Shown here piece after piece: positions 37,595-44,782 of a stretch of 44,782 nt of DNA (positions are counted from its first letter, which is position 1; the number at the start of each line of letters is the position of its first letter). Under the pieces are notes generated by a model that was given only the letters and a program-made list of their open reading frames with translations, searched no databases and had not been told where the DNA came from. A program made the translations under genes and the position numbers. This stretch comes from Oxalobacteraceae bacterium. GTDB lineage: Bacteria > Pseudomonadota > Gammaproteobacteria > Burkholderiales > Burkholderiaceae_D. The DNA is taken from NCBI GenBank assembly GCA_947445995.1, contig CANFED010000001.1, positions 1 through 44,782 of the forward strand, in the 5' to 3' direction.

Positions 37595-40314
37595 GCAGTT
37601 TCTGGCGACGCGACCTGCCCGTGCCGTTTGTTGTGGCAGGGTCCAGTCGGGCCTTGCGACTGCGCGTGTGGCTCTACACGATGCCGGAATCGCCGATGCT
37701 GTTCCCGGCGTTTTCAATGTGCTTCCTGGCCCTGCTCTGGGTGGCGACGCTGCATTTCATTGGCATCGAACGGAGCAATGCCGAACAATCCATTTCGGTC
37801 TTCAGTCGCGAGCTGGTCACCACGTATGAAGCACAGGCATTACGGGCGTTGCGTGATATCGACCAGACCCTGAACCTGGTCAAGTACGCCTACGAGCTTA
37901 ACGGGCAGCACACGGTGCTGCAGGAACTGAAAGCCAAGGCACTGCTGCCATCGGATCTGCTATTCGTCATCCGCATCGCCGATCAGGATGGCAAGGTGGT
38001 GGCAACCACCCGCCCTGCGCCGCCATCAAACATCAGCGACGATCCGCAATTTAGCGCTACCCGCGCCACCGGCCAGTTATCGATCAGCCAAACCCGACAC
38101 GACCCGGTCACCGGCGAAGCAAGCTTGCAGTTCAGTCGCCGGCTCGTCAATACCAACGGCAACTTCGCCGGCATCGTCATGCTGTCGGTGGCCACCGATC
38201 ACTTCGTGAGCGGCTACGACGAAAACAAGTTCGGCCAGCAGGGCCTGCTCGGCATCGTCGGTGACGACGGCCGGTTTCGGGTCCGCCGCAGCGGTGACCG
38301 GCTGTCGGATGGCGAGGCCGTCGATCGTCGATTCCTGACGCCCGGTGCCGCAGAATTCGACAGTGCCGTCCTCGCCTCGGTAGACAGCGATGGCATCGCG
38401 CGCCAAGTCATCGCACGCAAGCTGGTGGATTTTCCGCTGGTCGTCATCGCCGGATTGTCGGACCACGAGCAACTGGCCGACTTTGTGCGCGTCCGCAATG
38501 ACTATTTGATCGGTGCCACGGCCGGCTCTGCGCTGCTGATACTGTTCACGCTACTGCTGTGGAGCATGAGCTGGCAATTGCGCACCAGCCGCCGGCATGA
38601 CATTACCGAACGCAAGCGCACCGAACAGTCGCTGCGTATCGCCGCCACCGCCTTCGATTCGCAAGAAGCGATGCTCATCACCGATGCCGGCAAGATGATC
38701 CTGCAGGTCAACCGGGCCTTCATCAGCAATACCGGTCATCAGACCGACGATCTGGTGGGCCACGGTCTCAACTGCCTGATCTCGGACCACCACGATGCCG
38801 ACTTCTATCTGGCGATGTGGCGCAACGTTGATCACAGCGGCATCTGGCAAGGCGAAATCTGGCAAACCCATGCTGACGGCAACGCCTTCCAGAAATGGCT
38901 GACCATCTCGGCGGTCCGGGACGACGACGGTGTGCTGATCAATTATGTCGGCTCGCAATACGACATTACCGAGCGCAAGCTGGCCGAAGACAAGATCAAC
39001 GAACTGGCGTTCTATGACCCGCTGACCAGTTTGCCAAACAGGACCCTGTTGCAAGACCGCTTGCGTCAGGTCATGGCGAGCAGTCTCAAGAATGGCCACC
39101 ATGCCGCCTTGCTGTTGATCGACCTCGATTACTTCAAGACGATCAACGATACGCTCGGCCATGACATGGGCGACGCACTGCTGATGCAAGTTGCGCAACG
39201 ACTGGACGGCTGTATTGGTGAGAGCGATAGCGTAGCGCGACTTGGCGGCGATGAGTTCGTGGTGTTGCTCGCCGGCCTGAGTCGCAGCCGGCCAGAGGCC
39301 GCGACCCAGGTCGACCTCACCAGCCTGAAAATATTGTCCGCGCTGGATCGTCCGTACCTGCTCAATGGCGTGGCCCATCGCAGCACCGCCAGCGTCGGCG
39401 TCACACTGCTGAGCGACGATCTGGTCTCGACCGATATCCTGATGAAGCAAGCCGACCTGGCGATGTACAAGGCCAAGGCAGAAGGCCGCAACGCGGTACG
39501 CTTTTTTGATCCGGCGATGGAAGCGGCCGTGATGGTGCGTGCCGTGCTGGAACGCGACTTGCGCGAAGCCATCGACGAGCAGCAATTCGTGCTGCACTAC
39601 CAGGCGCAGATCGCGGACGGTGACCAGCTCAGCGGTGCCGAGGTGCTGGTGCGCTGGTTGCATCCGCAACGCGGCATGGTCTCGCCACTCGAATTCATTC
39701 CACTGGCTGAAGATACCGGACTGATTCTGCCGCTGGGCACCTGGGTCATGGAAACCGCCTGCCGCCAATTGGCCTGCTGGGCCGACGACCCCGTCATGGA
39801 AGCACTGACCATTGCGGTCAACGTCAGTGCCCGGCAATTCCAGCAAAGCGATTTTGTCGAACAGGTCATCAGCGTGCTGACACGGACCGGTGCGCGGCCA
39901 CAGCGCCTGAAACTGGAGCTGACCGAAAGCCTGCTGGCGGCCAACCTCCGCCAGATCATCGACAAAATGCGCGCCCTCAAGGAGATCGGCATCAATTTTT
40001 CGCTGGACGATTTCGGCACTGGTTTTTCATCACTGTCGTACCTGAAGCTGCTGCCACTGGACCAGCTCAAGATCGACCAGTCGTTCGTGCGCGATGTCCT
40101 GACCGACCCCAACGACGCCGCCATCGCAACAACCATCATCGCGCTGGCCAGGACGCTGGGTCTGGACGTGATTGCCGAAGGCGTCGAAACCGACGAACAG
40201 CGCAGCTTCCTCGCCGGTGCCGGCTGCCATGCCTTTCAGGGTTACCTGTTCAGCCGGCCGCTTCCGGTGGCCGATTTCGAAACGTTTGCCCGAACGCCCC
40301 GAACGATAACGTGA
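37591..40314 (+). CDS. Membrane sensor: TM-dCache-TM-PAS-GGDEF-EAL (diguanylate cyclase/phosphodiesterase)
   Basis: Two TMs flanking a Cache-like region; PAS ending DITERK; YDPLTSLPNR, ARLGGDEF; EVLVRW, ELTES, DDFGTGFSSL, KIDQSF, AEGVE, QGYLFSRP; ATGA overlap with the upstream gene. Confidence 0.95.
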   Translation: MSSFWRRDLPVPFVVAGSSRALRLRVWLYTMPESPMLFPAFSMCFLALLWVATLHFIGIERSNAEQSISVFSRELVTTYEAQALRALRDIDQTLNLVKYAYELNGQHTVLQELKAKALLPSDLLFVIRIADQDGKVVATTRPAPPSNISDDPQFSATRATGQLSISQTRHDPVTGEASLQFSRRLVNTNGNFAGIVMLSVATDHFVSGYDENKFGQQGLLGIVGDDGRFRVRRSGDRLSDGEAVDRRFLTPGAAEFDSAVLASVDSDGIARQVIARKLVDFPLVVIAGLSDHEQLADFVRVRNDYLIGATAGSALLILFTLLLWSMSWQLRTSRRHDITERKRTEQSLRIAATAFDSQEAMLITDAGKMILQVNRAFISNTGHQTDDLVGHGLNCLISDHHDADFYLAMWRNVDHSGIWQGEIWQTHADGNAFQKWLTISAVRDDDGVLINYVGSQYDITERKLAEDKINELAFYDPLTSLPNRTLLQDRLRQVMASSLKNGHHAALLLIDLDYFKTINDTLGHDMGDALLMQVAQRLDGCIGESDSVARLGGDEFVVLLAGLSRSRPEAATQVDLTSLKILSALDRPYLLNGVAHRSTASVGVTLLSDDLVSTDILMKQADLAMYKAKAEGRNAVRFFDPAMEAAVMVRAVLERDLREAIDEQQFVLHYQAQIADGDQLSGAEVLVRWLHPQRGMVSPLEFIPLAEDTGLILPLGTWVMETACRQLACWADDPVMEALTIAVNVSARQFQQSDFVEQVISVLTRTGARPQRLKLELTESLLAANLRQIIDKMRALKEIGINFSLDDFGTGFSSLSYLKLLPLDQLKIDQSFVRDVLTDPNDAAIATTIIALARTLGLDVIAEGVETDEQRSFLAGAGCHAFQGYLFSRPLPVADFETFARTPRTIT

Positions 40315-40412
40315 ACAGGTCAGCTTTTCACCCTCTGCTCGACTGCTCGAACCGCCCCTGAAGCGACAATACTGGCACCATCGACAATCCCGTGATGAAA
40401 ACCGGAGATGAC

Positions 40413-43124
40413 ATGGAAAGCAAGCAGGCAATGGGCAAGAACCTCTCACAACGCGGCCATACCCGGCATGATGATCACCCGGTCAGCGACGATCTGATAC
40501 GACAGAATCCTGAACTGGCTGGTGCTGGCATTGACTTGCGCTCGATCCGGGAAGCGATTAGCCGGGTCGAAGCCGAAACGGCGGCCACCGTGATTGCCGA
40601 GAACCGACTGCGTGCCGAAACCCGTGTGCGCCTGCAAGCGGCCGACCAGGCCAGCCAGCACGCCGCGACGAGCGCCGAAGCCTTGCTGCGCAGGCAGGCA
40701 GAGGCGCTGGCCGCTGCCGAACGACAAGCCGCGCAAGATGGCGCACAGCGCGAAGCCGAGAGCCGCGTGCGCGCTGATGCCCGCATCAACGAACTGGCAC
40801 ATGACCGTGAGCAGCGCGAACGCAGCGCCCGGCTCACCACTGAAATGCTGATCGCGGCGCGCAGCGAAGCGATTGAACTGATCAACCTGCGCGAACAGGC
40901 CGAAGCCGAAGAACTGGCGGCAACATTACGACGCGCACCCGCCGAAGTGCAGGCACGCGAAGAATCGCGTCTGCGTGCTGCCGCAGAAATCGAGCATCAT
41001 GCCACCGCAGTGGCCCGCACCGAATCCGAACAGCGCGCGCTGGCGACACTGCAATTACGCCTGCAGGCCGAACTCGACATGCACGACGCCGCCGTGCGCC
41101 GCGAACATGCCGAAGAACGCGCACTGGCCTCGGCCCAGGCCTGCCGCGATGCCGAAGAACAGTCCCGCATCGCCGCTGAAAGCCGCTTGCAGGTCGAACA
41201 CGAATTACAGGATGCGGCCAACGCACGGGTTGAAGCAGAACAGCACGCCGATGCCCAGGCGCGCAACCGGCTGGCCGTCGAAGTGCTGGCCAGCGAAGAT
41301 GCCCGCAAGCGCGCCGAGATCGACCAACTGGCCGCCAAAGCCGCCGTCGAACGCAGCGCCGAAGAGCAGCGTGGCCTCGACCTGGCCGCCCGCCGCATCG
41401 ACAGCGAACAGGCCGCCAGCCTCATCGCGGCAACCTGCAGCGCCGCCGAAGAACATCATCTTGCCGCCCTCGCCGACTATGCCGGGATGCAGCAGCAAAA
41501 CGCCGCCATCGCCACACGCAAGGCGGACGAAACTGCCGAACTGATGCGCAGCGAACAGGCGCACCGTGACGCCGACACCAGGGCAATCGCGGCACTGCGC
41601 GACAAGCGCCAGGCAGCGATCGCAGCGCAAGTGCAGGCCGATGAACTGGCGCAAGCCGAACAGGCCGAGGCAGACTGCTTGCGCTTGCAGGAGCAAGCCA
41701 GCCTGGCTGCGCGTGACGCGACAGAATCGACAATACAACATGCCCGCTTGGCACTCGAACAGGAACAGATTCAGGCCACCTTGCGCGATCAGGCTGCCGC
41801 TGCCGCACTGGCCAGCGCCAACGATGCCGTCGAACTGACGCGACTGCAGCAAGAACGAACCGACTCCGAACAGCAAGCCAGCGTGCTGCTGCAGCAGCAA
41901 TGCGATACCGAACGTCGTCTTGGCGAAACCGTCGCGCAAACACGGCTGGCGACGCAACAGAAACTGACACTCGCCCGCCAGGCGGAAGACACGGCGGGCA
42001 GCCGACTTTGCGCGGAACAGGAACAGACTCGCCTGCTGCAGCAACAAGCCGACGCCGAAGCACGGTTGCGCCAGGCACTCGATGCCGAATCCAATGCGAC
42101 GCGCCATGCGCTGTCCCAGCTCGTCATCAGTACGCAATTGCAACGCAACGTCGCCCGCCTCGCACTGCAAGGCGCGCGGGACGCGGTCGCGCTCACCAGT
42201 TTCCAGCGCCAGCGCGAAGCGATCGAACAGCAGGCCCTCGATGTGATTCGCCAGAAGCAGGAAAAGACACGCCAGCGACTTCTGGCCAGCCAGCGCCTGC
42301 TCGACCTCTCGCAAGAAGCCCTCACCGCAGAACATGCTGCGCAAGCCGACAGCGAAGCAAGTGTGCGCGCCGAAACCGCACGGCGCGACCTCGCGATCGA
42401 GCGCGCAACGATGGAACAACAAGCCAGCGCTTGCCTGCAACAACAGCATCAGCTCGAACAGGAGCGCCATGCCGCCGCCAAGCTGGCACTGGCAGCGGCA
42501 CAGCAAAAAGTCCACGCTGAAAAACTGGCCTGCAATGCAGCACGCGCCCGCGCCACCATCTTGCAGGAACAGGCCGAACTGGCGCGCCTGCATGAACAGG
42601 TCGAACGCGAATTGCTTCAGGCCAGCGCGGCCGAACAGCAAGTCGCCAGCGCGGCCCTGCAGCAACGGCAACAGGCCATCACACAGCAACTGACCGAGGC
42701 AGAAACCGCGCGACTCCATGCCGCACGCCGCGCCAGTGCAATCGCCAAACAAGTGTGCGATGCCCAGCTCGATGCGCAATGCCGTCATGCGGAATCGGAA
42801 GAGCTGGCGCGCTCGTTGCTCGCCCGCCTGTCGGCCGGACAGCCCGCGCAGGATGACTGGAGCGTGCGCGCCAGTGCAGTGCTGGCGGACGACGCCGCAC
42901 CCGCGCTGCCGCAGCCGCCAGCGAAGACCCGGCTGCGCAGCGCGCTGCTGGCCGCCGGCATGGTCTGCCTCAGTGCAGGTGCCTGGTCGCTGCTGGGATC
43001 ACAGCCGACGGTCGCCGCAAGTGTTGCACCGGTCGCCGGACGTCATGTCCCGGCAGACCTGACAAGAGTCGCGCATCCTCCGGCAGCGCAAATAGATGGC
43101 TTGAGAATCGCTGCACAGCGCTGA
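40413..43124 (+). CDS. Long A/E/Q/R-rich coiled-coil protein with a C-terminal TM segment
   Basis: About 900 aa, almost no Pro/Gly over most of its length, 14-aa periodicity, hydrophobic ALLAAGMVCLSAGAWSLLG near the C-terminus; ATG 40413 after GGAG. Confidence 0.85.
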   Translation: MESKQAMGKNLSQRGHTRHDDHPVSDDLIRQNPELAGAGIDLRSIREAISRVEAETAATVIAENRLRAETRVRLQAADQASQHAATSAEALLRRQAEALAAAERQAAQDGAQREAESRVRADARINELAHDREQRERSARLTTEMLIAARSEAIELINLREQAEAEELAATLRRAPAEVQAREESRLRAAAEIEHHATAVARTESEQRALATLQLRLQAELDMHDAAVRREHAEERALASAQACRDAEEQSRIAAESRLQVEHELQDAANARVEAEQHADAQARNRLAVEVLASEDARKRAEIDQLAAKAAVERSAEEQRGLDLAARRIDSEQAASLIAATCSAAEEHHLAALADYAGMQQQNAAIATRKADETAELMRSEQAHRDADTRAIAALRDKRQAAIAAQVQADELAQAEQAEADCLRLQEQASLAARDATESTIQHARLALEQEQIQATLRDQAAAAALASANDAVELTRLQQERTDSEQQASVLLQQQCDTERRLGETVAQTRLATQQKLTLARQAEDTAGSRLCAEQEQTRLLQQQADAEARLRQALDAESNATRHALSQLVISTQLQRNVARLALQGARDAVALTSFQRQREAIEQQALDVIRQKQEKTRQRLLASQRLLDLSQEALTAEHAAQADSEASVRAETARRDLAIERATMEQQASACLQQQHQLEQERHAAAKLALAAAQQKVHAEKLACNAARARATILQEQAELARLHEQVERELLQASAAEQQVASAALQQRQQAITQQLTEAETARLHAARRASAIAKQVCDAQLDAQCRHAESEELARSLLARLSAGQPAQDDWSVRASAVLADDAAPALPQPPAKTRLRSALLAAGMVCLSAGAWSLLGSQPTVAASVAPVAGRHVPADLTRVAHPPAAQIDGLRIAAQR
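40890..41480 (+). repeat. Degenerate 14-codon (42-bp) tandem repeat within the coiled-coil gene
   Basis: Consecutive 14-mers starting REQAE, RAPAE, RAAAE, RTESE, RLQAE, REHAE, CRDAE, RLQVE, RVEAE, RLAVE, RAEID, RSAEE, RIDSE, CSAAE. Confidence 0.85.
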
Positions 43125-43228
43125 TCAGTTCGCAGGGTCGGGATTGACCTTCCCACCCTGCCGATCGGGTATCGCGCCACGGCGCTGTATCCTTCATCGA
43201 ATCGTCATCACCGCCTTCACTCACGTCC

Positions 43229-44182
43229 ATGTCAAACCAAAAAAATCCGGTGGCACCACCATGCGCGCCGCCGCCAGTCCGCCCTTCTGCAAAATTGCCG
43301 CCCAGAGCACCATCCATTTCTGTGTCCGCCGACGATGTCCTCGCCGGCAAGCAAGCGCGAGAGCGCAAGGACGCGCTCATTCGTGGCGTGACCTCGATTG
43401 ATGCGATGCGCATCGCCATCCGGCGTGCCGCGCGCGATCTGCCGGCAATCACTGAAGTGCCGCGTAGCGGCATGCTCGATGCAGCGGCATTTCGTGCGCG
43501 GGCGGCACAAGGCTTGCCATTCATGATCACGGGACTGGTCAAGCGCTGGCCATTGTTCGCCCTCGATCCGGACACACTGCGCGAGCGCTTTGGCGAGTTG
43601 CCCGTGCGTGCGCGGGTCGGAGACTACATCACCACCGCCTTCGCGCCCGATCGGGCGATGCAGGATATGACGCTGTGTGCGTATCTTGATCTGGTCGCGG
43701 CGGGCACGCAGGACCTGCCACCGTATCTCGGCAATCTGGAATTGCGCGCACTGAACAGGTTGTGCAACTGGCCGTCTTATTTCAAAAAAATGGGCCCGCC
43801 ACGTTTCTGGCTGGGCCCGGCAGGAACCGTGACGCCGCTGCATTGCGACTATGACGACAATATTTTTGCGCAGCTGTGGGGAACAAAACGCATTATCCTG
43901 TCGCCGCCGCATCACGACGAATTCCTCTATCCCCGCGAAGCCAATGCCATCCTGTTCGGCTCCCCGTTCAACCCGGAAGCACCGGATTTCGAACAATTCC
44001 CGCTGGCGCGCCAGGCCACCCTGATCGACTGCATCGTCGCACCCGGCGAGCTGCTGTATGTGCCGGCCGGGTGGTACCACCATGTGCGTGCGCTGACGTT
44101 TTCCCTGTCGTCAAACCGATGGGCCAGAGCCATGCCGCTGGCCTTGAACGACGAGCACGCTATCGGCCATCAACCCGCGTAA
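43229..44182 (+). CDS. JmjC / Cupin_8 Fe(II)-2OG oxygenase (FIH/JMJD5-like)
   Basis: FWLGP..TVTPLHCD (HxD), GTKR (2OG Lys), PGELLYVPAGWYHHV (distal His). Confidence 0.92.
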   Translation: MSNQKNPVAPPCAPPPVRPSAKLPPRAPSISVSADDVLAGKQARERKDALIRGVTSIDAMRIAIRRAARDLPAITEVPRSGMLDAAAFRARAAQGLPFMITGLVKRWPLFALDPDTLRERFGELPVRARVGDYITTAFAPDRAMQDMTLCAYLDLVAAGTQDLPPYLGNLELRALNRLCNWPSYFKKMGPPRFWLGPAGTVTPLHCDYDDNIFAQLWGTKRIILSPPHHDEFLYPREANAILFGSPFNPEAPDFEQFPLARQATLIDCIVAPGELLYVPAGWYHHVRALTFSLSSNRWARAMPLALNDEHAIGHQPA

Positions 44183-44782
44183 GTAAACCGCTCGGTGACC
44201 GTCGTGTAACTCGAACTGGTGATGGTATTGACATAGACATAGTCCGTCGTCACCAGCGCCGGCGTGAGGGTCACCAGCATGTAGCCACGACGCGACGTGT
44301 CGATGTAACTGATGTCATCAACCAGCGCCTTGATCGTCGCCGCCAACGTCAATGGCGGGACCACTGCCGGTGGAAAGACCGACTCGAATCCCGACGACGT
44401 CACCGACATGCCGGCAAACTCGGCCCCAACCTGGGTGCCATCGGCCAGCGTCAGCTTGTTGAACCACGCGTTATGACTATCGCCGGATAGCACCACGAAT
44501 TTTTTCCCGGCCACCTTGAGTTTCGCCGCCGATGCCAGCACCGCCTCACGGGCATCGGGATAGCCTTCCCAATTATCGAAGGTATAGGAGATTTTCGGAT
44601 TCTTGGCCGGGTTGAGCAGGTCTTTCTGGGTTGGCGTCTGTGCGACGACAGGCGTCGCCTTGGCGGTCAGGTAAGCCGTCACGGATGCCGCACTCAAGTT
44701 TGCGCTCAGCACCGACGCGGCAATTTTGATGCGTCCCATCACTGTCTGGTTTCCGAGGATTTGCCAGGTCGCTGCCGAGGCA
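44170..44782 (-). CDS. phoD: Alkaline phosphatase D family, 3' part (5' end lies beyond the window)
   Basis: TWQILGNQTVM, DNWEGY, VVLSGDSH, EFAGMSVTS; frame open to the window edge. Confidence 0.88.
   Translation of the reverse strand, partial: ASAATWQILGNQTVMGRIKIAASVLSANLSAASVTAYLTAKATPVVAQTPTQKDLLNPAKNPKISYTFDNWEGYPDAREAVLASAAKLKVAGKKFVVLSGDSHNAWFNKLTLADGTQVGAEFAGMSVTSSGFESVFPPAVVPPLTLAATIKALVDDISYIDTSRRGYMLVTLTPALVTTDYVYVNTITSSSYTTVTERFTYAG

Noticed and set aside
40890-41480. CRISPR array or mobile element
   Set aside because: Periodicity is at the protein level with degenerate DNA; no identical repeats with spacers, and no cas, transposase or integrase genes in the window
44170-44182. 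13-nt convergent overlap of the JmjC and phoD 3' ends
   Set aside because: Short tail-to-tail overlaps are common and carry no specific signal

Overview
Betaproteobacterial chromosome segment, probably Burkholderiales/Oxalobacteraceae; this is inferred from protein style, flagellar gene order and a family-typical small HTH protein, not from a search. About 24 kb (2939-27101) is an ordinary flagellar basal-body/hook cluster: fliE, fliFGHIJK, fliLMNOPQR, one orphan exported protein, flgB-L and flgAMN, with two clear sigma-28 promoters. Left of it lie an AT-rich gene for a TraB/TIKI/EreA/RRSP-fold protein ending in KTEL, and a porin whose upstream region holds a repeat complementary to its own start region plus a possible 3-way-junction RNA. 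To the right are a PQQ dehydrogenase with a lanthanide-type DxD motif, a diheme cytochrome c4 and an exported ankyrin protein; a PaaI/MarR/MFS unit; a YXWGXW protein; and a cystine-type ABC binding protein plus permease. Further right are a translationally coupled outer-membrane barrel / half-PBP / Cache-PAS-GGDEF-EAL triad (best candidate for an undescribed trans-envelope c-di-GMP signalling system), a membrane-anchored coiled-coil protein with a strict 14-residue period, a JmjC oxygenase and the 3' end of phoD. No rRNA, tRNA, CRISPR array or transposase was seen. All family calls come from motif recognition by eye.
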